Shown one piece after another: positions 1 through 11,800 of a stretch of 64,000 nucleotides of DNA. The translations under genes and the position numbers were made by a program. The notes below the pieces were generated by a model, which searched no databases, was not told the origin of the DNA, and was given only the letters and a program-made list of their open reading frames with translations. The DNA lies in contig OZ252243.1 in assembly GCA_965249555.1 (NCBI GenBank), positions 1 through 64,000 on the forward strand, read 5' to 3'. Position 1 is the first letter of the stretch. Every line of letters starts with the position of its first letter. Source of the stretch: Nitrosopumilus sp. Its GTDB lineage: Archaea; Thermoproteota; Nitrososphaeria; Nitrososphaerales; Nitrosopumilaceae.

Positions 1-249
1 TGTAAATCTACACAATCAGTATGTATTTCTTTATCACAACGTAATAAAATATCTACAGATACTAAATTTGTTTTACGGACCATTCAGCAGATCTATTATA
101 CAAGATGTCCTATAAGAAATGATTTATGATTATCAGAATTTGGTAATTGTGGAATAACAGAAAAACTCATGATTTTACAAAACTGTCCACATAGTTAAAG
201 GTGACGATCACTTTTAGTTAATAAAATGAGGTTATAGTATGTATCCATG

Positions 250-446
250 TGAATTGTTTTTAAACATTTCCTACTTTTTTACATCCCAAGGCATAGCTTT
301 CGCTAGGGAATGCTTTCAAACAAAAGATGACGGACATGTATCCATACGAGGCTTCTTCCTCAATGCTATCTTCATCCCTTTGTTAGGATTATTCGCAGTT
401 ATCAACCGAGGCTTGTCCCTCAACATATAAAACGCGACTTGCAGTC
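250..446 (-). ncRNA. Putative IS110 bridge/seek RNA in the 3' non-coding end
   Basis: ~200 bp non-coding end conserved in both copies. It has hairpin potential (GCATAGC-TTTC-GCTA..TGC) and an internal ATGTATCCAT (336-345) identical to the element terminus (239-248). RNA identity is inferred from IS110/IS1111 biology. Confidence 0.4.
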
Positions 447-1423
447 CTAACTGTAATTCTGTACAAATTCTCTCCTCTCTTTTAACATCCAGTAAATCAC
501 TCGCAGAATCTGGGATGATGCGGCCTTTGATGATCCTCTCTTCTTTTTAATGCGATTGTAAAATCTTGTAATGTCACTGTCCTTGGCATGTATTGCATGA
601 GTATGGACGCATTGGATGAGAACCCATCGTAGTGTCATGCTTCCCCTTTTGGTTATGCTGCCATGGTGTAATCTGCAGAGTTTCTGACTGATGGCACGAC
701 TCCTGCATATGCACATAACTTGTGAGAGTCATTGAATCTGCTAATATTTGCAATTTCTGCTGCAATAACTAGTGATTAGTCACCAATTCCAGGTATTGAT
801 TTTATTATCATGGCATCAGGACTGGTCTTTACGGCAGCATACACTCTTGAATTAATCTCTGCAATTTGCAGATTGATATGGCCTATCTGTCGTAGAAATC
901 CGTCTATGCGATAGTCACCTAGTGAGGTGAGTCTTTTGTTGTATGTTACAGTGAACGTGACTCCGGGTATCTTGATTCCCTCCTGTAACAAAATTCCATG
1001 GACAGAATTTTTGAGAGAGGTCCTCCACTGAACGAGTTTTTTTCTGTATCTTACCAGCTGGCGATGTTTTACTATCTTTTTGTTTGGAATATGGCATGTT
1101 GCAATGTATCCTCCACGCAAAAGATCTGCCAGTATCCTGGCATCAATCTTGTCTGTTTTTTTTGATGCAGCTATTGCTTTTGTAAGATAGGGGTTTGAGA
1201 GTGTCACGTTTTTGTATCCCAATTCATCTGTAAGAAATCTATACGTGTTATACCAGACTGACGATGATTCCATGACAATGTTTGCATGAATCGGTATGCC
1301 TGCAAAATGTTTCCTGATTGATTCATGAGTGTTCTCAACTTTTATGTTTTGTAATATCTTTCCGTCATTACTCATTGTTGCCACTTGAAGAAATTCCTTG
1401 TGCAAGTCAATGCCAACATACAT
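447..1423 (-). pseudogene. IS110 DEDD transposase, broken by a stop codon and frameshifts
   Basis: N-terminus MYVGIDLHK, plus VMESS, KTDKIDARILADLLR, SIPGIG and TKRGS..LRWVLIQ motifs. Split over ORFs 776..1543 and 447..716. Confidence 0.9.
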
Positions 1424-1551
1424 GCCCTTGTCTTTTTTTGCCCTAATCTGTTTCTTTGGACTTTTCTTGGAATACGATGGATTACGAATCTTGGAATTAG
1501 ATTCATTTCCTATGCTATCTGAATTCCTTCTTTTTGTATTCACATATAGTT

Positions 1552-2808
1552 ATTATATGATTATATAATTCTCAAATATGTGACGGAACCTAGTCGTTCC
1601 AGCTAAAATCAGAGTCATCATATATCATACAGCCACACAGCATCTCCAGAGCTAGCATCTCTTGTATGGATAGTGGTTCCAGCAATGTGAGATCTGATAC
1701 TCTGTCCAGCCTTAATGGCATATCATATGAGAATGATTCATCCAGAATTCCCTGAATTGCCTTACTATCAAAGATTAAGGTTGCCCTATTCTGCTCATCA
1801 ATTACCAGATTTGCAAAGTTTGAATGAATTCTAGTCATTACACTTGTTGGCGAATCATCTCTTTGTTGCATATCAGGTCTTGTAATCTGCAACCAGGTGC
1901 CATAGTCATTTTGTGACCATATGTATCCATATTGGTCCTCCCAGACCTGGTAACGTCTGTCCTGCTGGGTTAGTGATATGGTCTCAAACGGATTCTGGTT
2001 GCCATGCTTTTGTTTTAACTCATGAGTTGCTGCTGCAAGTAATGCTTCTCCTGTAAACTCTACACCTTCGTTGATATATGTGGTAGTGGAATAACGTTGT
2101 TTGTCAACTGCATTAATTGCCAATACTTCATGGGATAATGGTGCCATTATTACAAATGATATGGTAACATCAAAGCACCTCTCTGCAGTATCTGATGATG
2201 TACATTTGACTTTACTAATTGTGGCACCAGTCATGTTCTGATTTACCAGTCCCTCTTTTTGCTCATGGACTATATCTGCAATGTCATAGCCTGCAGGACT
2301 GGTATAGTTGCTATTTACATTTACTATAATGTGGGACTCTGCATTAGTTTTCAGGCCAACTTCTGGAACTCCAAGGGATAGAGATACCGACTTTAGGCCA
2401 TTTGTTGCATAGCCTTTGATGTGGACTGTATTGTCCTCACCAATAATGCTGCTAGTCATATTAAAGTCAGTGTGCCAGTTGTTTGTAATGGTTAATGGCA
2501 TGCCATTAAAGACAAAGCCGTCATCAACTAGCTGTACTGCTTGATTATTCCAATGTTTGCCAAAGGTTGGCTTTGTTTTCCATTCATTAGAATCTCCACC
2601 TTTTTTCTTTGGTGTTTCAGTTCCAGGAGTTACACCAGCGATGCCACCAACTGCTGTTGTATCAAGTGTAATGACTATAGCTGGTGATGCAGCAGATGTG
2701 TTTGGTCCATCAGATGCTGTTACAGTGAATGAGTTGGCACCCTCAGTCAGTTCAGCTGTAAATGAGAAATTCCCTGAACCATCGACAGTTGTCGTATCAA
2801 CTGATGTT
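1552..2808. repeat. ~1.25 kb segment nearly identical to 27302..28558 (shared 3' end of the two giant genes)
   Basis: Direct comparison at offset 25750 shows only scattered substitutions. The match includes ~40 bp beyond the stop codon. Confidence 0.95.
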
Positions 2809-5800
2809 GCTCCATTGAATAGTTCTATAGTTGCTCCGGCCTCAGCCGTACCTTCAATCGTGATTGATGGTGTATCGACAGTTGCAGGTGGTGTGGTGAT
2901 TATAGGAACTGGTGGTGCTGTAACATCAGGTCCTACTGTTACAGTTTCAGTGATGATAGTAGATAATCCATTGTTGTCAGTTACGGTATAAGTTACAACA
3001 TATTCTCCAGAAGTGTCGAGATTTACTGTTTCACCGCCAACTAAACTGGATGCAATTCCTGAGATATCAAATGCATTGGCAATTACACCTGGGGTGTATG
3101 TTCCGTCAAATGGTACTGCAGTGGAATAGTCAACTGTGTTACCATTAACATCAAAGGTTGGCGATGTGGTATCAACTACGGTAATTGTAATTGATTTTTG
3201 TTCTGGTGTGTTATTTGCCGCATCATCTGGTGCATCATACAATACGGTGTATTCTCCTATACTACTGGTGTCAGGTGTATCACCAGAGACTGTTACTGTT
3301 TCAGAGTAATTTGGGTCATTATCAGTTACATCACCGCCAAGTTCATTGTAAGTGTTGGTTTCAGTTAACTCAATTGTTGTATTAGATCCTGCTGGTGTGA
3401 TTACTGGTTTTTCTGTATCATCAAGAGGTGAGTTTTTAGTTGGTGCTGCAGGTGTAGCTGCAATCAGATTCTCAGATGAAACGCTTGTCCCGGCAGCGTT
3501 AGTTGATACGGCATGATATGTGTAGGATGTTCCGGGAGTTACTGTAGTATCAGTGTAGAATAATTCAGTGGTGGTAGTTGTCACTGAGTTGCCATCTCTA
3601 AACAGCTCGTATCCTGTGGCACCATCCACTGCAGTCCATGTAATCTCAATGCTTGTCGGAGTGATTGTTCCTAGTACAAGTTCAGGAGGTGCTATGGTTG
3701 TAGATATTTCCAGATCCTCAGAGTTGTCACTTGTCTGGGGAATGTCGTTAGTTGATGTGGCATGATAAGTGTAGGATGTTGCAGGAGTCAGACCAGTTTC
3801 AGTGTAGGATGTATTGCCGGTAGTTGTTATGAGGGTATCACCTCTATACAATTTGTATTCATTGGCACCATCCACTGCACCCCATGTAATCTCAATGCTT
3901 GTCGGAGTGATTGTTCCTGCTCCAAGTGTGGGAGGTGTTATGGTTGTAGCTGCAATCAGATTCTCAGATGAAACGCTTGTCTGTGGAATGTCGTTAGTTG
4001 ATACGGCATGATATGTGTAGGATGTTCCGGGAGTTACTGTAGTATCAGTGTAGAATAATTCAGTGGTGGTAGTTGTCACTGAGTTGCCATCTCTAAACAG
4101 CTCGTATCCTGTGGCACCATCCACTGCAGTCCATGTAATCTCAATGCTTGTCGGAGTGATTGTTCCTAGTACAAGTTCAGGAGGTGCTATGGTTGTAGAT
4201 ATTTCCAGATCCTCAGAGTTGTCACTTGTCTGGGGAATGTCGTTAGTTGATGTGGCATGATAAGTGTAGGATGTTGCAGGAGTCAGACCAGTTTCAGTGT
4301 AGGATGTATTGCCGGTAGTTGTTATGAGGGTATCACCTCTATACAATTTGTATTCATTGGCACCATCCACTGCACCCCATGTAATCTCAATGCTTGTCGG
4401 AGTGATTGCTCCTGCTCCAAGTGTGGGAGGTGTTATGGTTGTAGCTGCAATCAGATTCTCAGATGAAACGCTTGTCCCGGCAGCGTTAGTTGATACGGCA
4501 TGATATGTGTAGGATTTTCCGGGAGTTACTGTAGTATCAGTGTAGAATAATTCAGTGGTGGTAGTTGTCACTGAGTTGCCATCTCTAAACAGCTCGTATC
4601 CTGTGGCACCATCCACTGCAGTCCATGTAATCTCAATGCTTGTCGGAGTGATTGTTCCTAGTACAAGTTCAGGAGGTGCTATGGTTGTAGATATTTCCAG
4701 ATCCTCAGAGTTGTCACTTGTCTGGGGAATGTCGTTAGTTGATGTGGCATGATAAGTGTAGGATGTTGCAGGAGTCAGACCAGTTTCAGTGTAGGATGTA
4801 TTGCCGGTAGTTGTTATGAGGGTATCACCTCTATACAATTTGTATTCATTGGCACCATCCACTGCACCCCATGTAATCTCAATGCTTGTCGGAGTGATTG
4901 CTCCTGCTCCAAGTGTGGGAGGTGTTATGGTTGTAGCTGCAATCAGATTCTCAGATGAAACGCTTGTCTGTGAAATGTCGTTAGTTGATACGGCATGATA
5001 TGTGTAGGATGTTCCGGGAGTTACTGTAGTATCAGTGTAGAATAATTCAGTGGTGGTAGTTGTCACTGAGTTGCCATCTCTAAACAGCTCGTATCCTGTG
5101 GCACCATCCACTGCAGTCCATGTAATCTCAATGCTTGTCGGAGTGATTGTTCCTAGTACAAGTTCAGGAGGTGCTATGGTTGTAGATATTTCCAGATCCT
5201 CAGAGTTGTCACTTGTCTGGGGAATGTCGTTAGTTGATGTGGCATGATAAGTGTAGGATGTTGCAGGAGTCAGACCAGTTTCAGTGTAGGATGTATTGCC
5301 GGTAGTTGTTATGAGGGTATCACCTCTATACAATTTGTATTCATTGGCACCATCCACTGCACCCCATGTAATCTCAATGCTTGTCGGAGTGATTGCTCCT
5401 GCTCCAAGTGTGGGAGGTGTTATGGTTGTAGCTGCAATCAGATTCTCAGATGAAACGCTTGTCCCGGCAGCGTTAGTTGATACGGCATGATATGTGTAGG
5501 ATTTTCCGGGAGTTACTGTAGTATCAGTGTAGAATAATTCAGTGGTGGTAGTTGTCACTGAGTTGCCATCTCTAAACAGCTCGTATCCTGTGGCACCATC
5601 CACTGCAGTCCATGTAATCTCAATGCTTGTCGGAGTGATTGTTCCTAGTACAAGTTCAGGAGGTGCTATGGTTGTAGATATTTCCAGATCCTCAGAGTTG
5701 TCACTTGTCTGGGGAATGTCGTTAGTTGATGTGGCATGATAAGTGTAGGATGTTGCAGGAGTCAGACCAGTTTCAGTGTAGGATGTATTGCCGGTAGTTG

Positions 5801-8800
5801 TTATGAGGGTATCACCTCTATACAATTTGTATTCATTGGCACCATCCACTGCACCCCATGTAATCTCAATGCTTGTCGGAGTGATTGCTCCTGCTCCAAG
5901 TGTGGGAGGTGTTATGGTTGTAGCTGCAATCAGATTCTCAGATGAAACGCTTGTCTGTGGAATGTCGTTAGTTGATACGGCATGATATGTGTAGGATGTT
6001 CCGGGAGTTACTGTAGTATCAGTGTAGAATAATTCAGTGACAGGTCCTAGGGAAACATCATCTCTAAACAGCTCGTATCCTGTGGCACCATCCACTGCAG
6101 TCCATGTAATCTCAATGCTTGTCGGAGTGATTGTTCCTAGTACAAGTTCAGGAGGTGCTATGGTTGTAGATATTTCCAGATCCTCAGAGTTGTCACTTGT
6201 CTGGGGAATGTCGTTAGTTGATGTGGCATGATAAGTGTAGGATGTTGCAGGAGTCAGACCAGTTTCAGTGTAGGATGTATTGCCGGTAGTTGTTATGAGG
6301 GTATCACCTCTATACAATTTGTATTCATTGGCACCATCCACTGCACCCCATGTAATCTCAATGCTTGTCGGAGTGATTGCTCCTGCTCCAAGTGTGGGAG
6401 GTGTTATGGTTGTAGCTGCAATCAGATTCTCAGATGAAACGCTTGTCCCGGCAGCGTTAGTTGATACGGCATGATATGTGTAGGATGTTCCGGGAGTTAC
6501 TGTAGTATCAGTGTAGAATAATTCAGTGGTGGTAGTTGTCACTGAGTTGCCATCTCTAAACAGCTCGTATCCTGTGGCACCATCCACTGCAGTCCATGTA
6601 ATCTCAATGCTTGTCGGAGTGATTGCTCCTAGTACAAGTTCAGGAGGTGCTATGGTTGTAGATATTTCCAGATCCTCAGAGTTGTCACTTGTCTGGGGAA
6701 TGTCGTTAGTTGATACGGCATGATATGTGTAGGATGTTGCAGGAGTTAATGTAGTATCAGTGTAGAATAATTCAGTGACAGGTCCCAGGGAAACATTATC
6801 TCTAAACAGCTCGTATCCTGTGGCACCATCCACTGCACCCCATGTAATCTCAATGCTTGTCGGAGTGATTGCTCCTGCTCCAAGTGTGGGAGGTGTTATG
6901 GTTGTAGCTGCAACCAGATCCTCAGATGAAACGCTTGTCTGTGGAATGTCGTTAGTTGATACGGCATGATATGTGTAGGATGTTCCGGGAGTTACTGTAG
7001 TATCAGTGTAGAATAATTCAGTGGTGGTAGTTGTCACTGAGTTGCCATCTCTAAACAGCTCGTATCCTGTGGCACCATCCACTGCAGTCCATGTAATCTC
7101 AATGCTTGTCGGAGTGATTGTTCCTAGTACAAGTTCAGGAGGTGCTATGGTTGTAGATATTTCCAGATCCTCAGAGTTGTCACTTGTCTGGGGAATGTCG
7201 TTAGTTGATGTGGCATGATAAGTGTAGGATGTTGCAGGAGTCAGACCAGTTTCAGTGTAGGATGTATTGCCGGTAGTTGTTATGAGGGTATCACCTCTAT
7301 ACAATTTGTATTCATTGGCACCATCCACTGCACCCCATGTAATCTCAATGCTTGTCGGAGTGATTGCTCCTGCTCCAAGTGTGGGAGGTGTTATGGTTGT
7401 AGCTGCAATCAGATTCTCAGATGAAACGCTTGTCTGTGAAATGTCGTTAGTTGATACGGCATGATATGTGTAGGATGTTCCGGGAGTTACTGTAGTATCA
7501 GTGTAGAATAATTCAGTGGTGGTAGTTGTCACTGAGTTGCCATCTCTAAACAGCTCGTATCCTGTGGCACCATCCACTGCAGTCCATGTAATCTCAATGC
7601 TTGTCGGAGTGATTGTTCCTAGTACAAGTTCAGGAGGTGCTATGGTTGTAGATATTTCCAGATCCTCAGAGTTGTCACTTGTCTGGGGAATGTCGTTAGT
7701 TGATGTGGCATGATAAGTGTAGGATGTTGCAGGAGTCAGACCAGTTTCAGTGTAGGATGTATTGCCGGTAGTTGTTATGAGGGTATCACCTCTATACAAT
7801 TTGTATTCATTGGCACCATCCACTGCACCCCATGTAATCTCAATGCTTGTCGGAGTGATTGCTCCTGCTCCAAGTGTGGGAGGTGTTATGGTTGTAGCTG
7901 CAATCAGATTCTCAGATGAAACGCTTGTCCCGGCAGCGTTAGTTGATACGGCATGATATGTGTAGGATGTTCCGGGAGTTACTGTAGTATCAGTGTAGAA
8001 TAATTCAGTGACAGGTCCCAGGGAAACATCATCTCTAAACAGCTCGTATCCTGTGGCACCATCCACTGCACCCCATGTAATCTCAATGCTTGTCGGAGTG
8101 ATTGTTCCTAGTACAAGTTCAGGAGGTGCTATGGTTGTAGATATTTCCAGATCCTCAGAGTTGTCACTTGTCTGGGGAATGTCGTTAGTTGATGTGGCAT
8201 GATAAGTGTAGGATGTTGCAGGAGTCAGACCAGTTTCAGTGTAGGATGTATTGCCGGTAGTTGTTATGAGGGTATCACCTCTATACAATTTGTATTCATT
8301 GGCACCATCCACTGCACCCCATGTAATCTCAATGCTTGTCGGAGTGATTGCTCCTGCTCCAAGTGTGGGAGGTGTTATGGTTGTAGCTGCAATCAGATTC
8401 TCAGATGAAACGCTTGTCTGTGGAATGTCGTTAGTTGATACGGCATGATATGTGTAGGATGTTCCGGGAGTTACTGTAGTATCAGTGTAGAATAATTCAG
8501 TGGTGGTAGTTGTCACTGAGTTGCCATCTCTAAACAGCTCGTATCCTGTGGCACCATTTACTGCAGTCCATGTAATCTCAATGCTTGTCGGAGTGATTGT
8601 TCCTAGTACAAGTTCAGGAGGTGCTATGGTTGTAGATATTTCCAGATCCTCAGAGTTGTCACTTGTCTGGGGAATGTCGTTAGTTGATGTGGCATGATAA
8701 GTGTAGGATGTTGCAGGAGTCAGACCAGTTTCAGTGTAGGATGTATTGCCGGTAGTTGTTATGAGGGTATCACCTCTATACAATTTGTATTCATTGGCAC

Positions 8801-11800
8801 CATCCACTGCACCCCATGTAATCTCAATGCTTGTCGGAGTGATTGCTCCTGCTCCAAGTGTGGGAGGTGTTATGGTTGTAGCTGCAATCAGATTCTCAGA
8901 TGAAACGCTTGTCCCGGCAGCGTTAGTTGATACGGCATGATATGTGTAGGATTTTCCGGGAGTTACTGTAGTATCAGTGTAGAATAATTCAGTGGTGGTA
9001 GTTGTCACTGAGTTGCCATCTCTAAACAGCTCGTATCCTGTGGCACCATCCACTGCAGTCCATGTAATCTCAATGCTTGTCGGAGTGATTGTTCCTAGTA
9101 CAAGTTCAGGAGGTGCTATGGTTGTAGATATTTCCAGATCCTCAGAGTTGTCACTTGTCTGGGGAATGTCGTTAGTTGATGTGGCATGATAAGTGTAGGA
9201 TGTTGCAGGAGTCAGACCAGTTTCAGTGTAGGATGTATTGCCGGTAGTTGTTATGAGGGTATCACCTCTATACAATTTGTATTCATTGGCACCATCCACT
9301 GCACCCCATGTAATCTCAATGCTTGTCGGAGTGATTGCTCCTGCTCCAAGTGTGGGAGGTGTTATGGTTGTAGCTGCAATCAGATTCTCAGATGAAACGC
9401 TTGTCTGTGAAATGTCGTTAGTTGATACGGCATGATATGTGTAGGATGTTCCGGGAGTTACTGTAGTATCAGTGTAGAATAATTCAGTGGTGGTAGTTGT
9501 CACTGAGTTGCCATCTCTAAACAGCTCGTATCCTGTGGCACCATCCACTGCAGTCCATGTAATCTCAATGCTTGTCGGAGTGATTGTTCCTAGTACAAGT
9601 TCAGGAGGTGCTATGGTTGTAGATATTTCCAGATCCTCAGAGTTGTCACTTGTCTGGGGAATGTCGTTAGTTGATGTGGCATGATAAGTGTAGGATGTTG
9701 CAGGAGTCAGACCAGTTTCAGTGTAGGATGTATTGCCGGTAGTTGTTATGAGGGTATCACCTCTATACAATTTGTATTCATTGGCACCATCCACTGCACC
9801 CCATGTAATCTCAATGCTTGTCGGAGTGATTGCTCCTGCTCCAAGTGTGGGAGGTGTTATGGTTGTAGCTGCAATCAGATTCTCAGATGAAACGCTTGTC
9901 CCGGCAGCGTTAGTTGATACGGCATGATATGTGTAGGATTTTCCGGGAGTTACTGTAGTATCAGTGTAGAATAATTCAGTGGTGGTAGTTGTCACTGAGT
10001 TGCCATCTCTAAACAGCTCGTATCCTGTGGCACCATCCACTGCAGTCCATGTAATCTCAATGCTTGTCGGAGTGATTGTTCCTAGTACAAGTTCAGGAGG
10101 TGCTATGGTTGTAGATATTTCCAGATCCTCAGAGTTGTCACTTGTCTGGGGAATGTCGTTAGTTGATGTGGCATGATAAGTGTAGGATGTTGCAGGAGTC
10201 AGACCAGTTTCAGTGTAGGATGTATTGCCGGTAGTTGTTATGAGGGTATCACCTCTATACAATTTGTATTCATTGGCACCATCCACTGCACCCCATGTAA
10301 TCTCAATGCTTGTCGGAGTGATTGCTCCTGCTCCAAGTGTGGGAGGTGTTATGGTTGTAGCTGCAATCAGATTCTCAGATGAAACGCTTGTCTGTGGAAT
10401 GTCGTTAGTTGATACGGCATGATATGTGTAGGATGTTCCGGGAGTTACTGTAGTATCAGTGTAGAATAATTCAGTGACAGGTCCTAGGGAAACATCATCT
10501 CTAAACAGCTCGTATCCTGTGGCACCATCCACTGCAGTCCATGTAATCTCAATGCTTGTCGGAGTGATTGTTCCTAGTACAAGTTCAGGAGGTGCTATGG
10601 TTGTAGATATTTCCAGATCCTCAGAGTTGTCACTTGTCTGGGGAATGTCGTTAGTTGATGTGGCATGATAAGTGTAGGATGTTGCAGGAGTCAGACCAGT
10701 TTCAGTGTAGGATGTATTGCCGGTAGTTGTTATGAGGGTATCACCTCTATACAATTTGTATTCATTGGCACCATCCACTGCACCCCATGTAATCTCAATG
10801 CTTGTCGGAGTGATTGCTCCTGCTCCAAGTGTGGGAGGTGTTATGGTTGTAGCTGCAATCAGATTCTCAGATGAAACGCTTGTCCCGGCAGCGTTAGTTG
10901 ATACGGCATGATATGTGTAGGATGTTCCGGGAGTTACTGTAGTATCAGTGTAGAATAATTCAGTGGTGGTAGTTGTCACTGAGTTGCCATCTCTAAACAG
11001 CTCGTATCCTGTGGCACCATCCACTGCAGTCCATGTAATCTCAATGCTTGTCGGAGTGATTGCTCCTAGTACAAGTTCAGGAGGTGCTATGGTTGTAGAT
11101 ATTTCCAGATCCTCAGAGTTGTCACTTGTCTGGGGAATGTCGTTAGTTGATACGGCATGATATGTGTAGGATGTTGCAGGAGTTAATGTAGTATCAGTGT
11201 AGAATAATTCAGTGACAGGTCCCAGGGAAACATTATCTCTAAACAGCTCGTATCCTGTGGCACCATCCACTGCACCCCATGTAATCTCAATGCTTGTCGG
11301 AGTGATTGCTCCTGCTCCAAGTGTGGGAGGTGTTATGGTTGTAGCTGCAACCAGATCCTCAGATGAAACGCTTGTCTGTGAAATGTCGTTAGTTGATACG
11401 GCATGATATGTGTAGGATGTTCCGGGAGTTACTGTAGTATCAGTGTAGAATAATTCAGTGGTGGTAGTTGTCACTGAGTTGCCATCTCTAAACAGCTCGT
11501 ATCCTGTGGCACCATCCACTGCACCCCATGTAATCTCAATGCTTGTCGGAGTGATTGTTCCTAGTACAAGTTCAGGAGGTGCTATGGTTGTAGATATTTC
11601 CAGATCCTCAGAGTTGTCACTTGTCTGGGGAATGTCGTTAGTTGATGTGGCATGATAAGTGTAGGATGTTGCAGGAGTCAGACCAGTTTCAGTGTAGGAT
11701 GTATTGCCGGTAGTTGTTATGAGGGTATCACCTCTATACAATTTGTATTCATTGGCACCATCCACTGCACCCCATGTAATCTCAATGCTTGTCGGAGTGA

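Larger units (their letters stand above)
237..1550 (-). mobile_element. IS110-family element A (degenerate), inserted ~40 bp downstream of giant gene 1
   Basis: Carries transposase fragments. One boundary is where identity with the second copy (56606) begins; the other is where identity with the 3' flank of giant gene 2 ends. TATAGT occurs at both ends (233-238, 1545-1550), and an 8-bp subterminal inverted repeat ATGTGAAT/ATTCACAT is present. Confidence 0.8.

Noticed and set aside
239-430. Small ORF conserved with 56608..56862
   Set aside because: It lies antisense in the IS110 end and the frames diverge between the two copies.
1424-1543. N-terminal extension of the IS110 transposase
   Set aside because: The typical start is MYVGID at 1423; the upstream part is the element's non-coding end.
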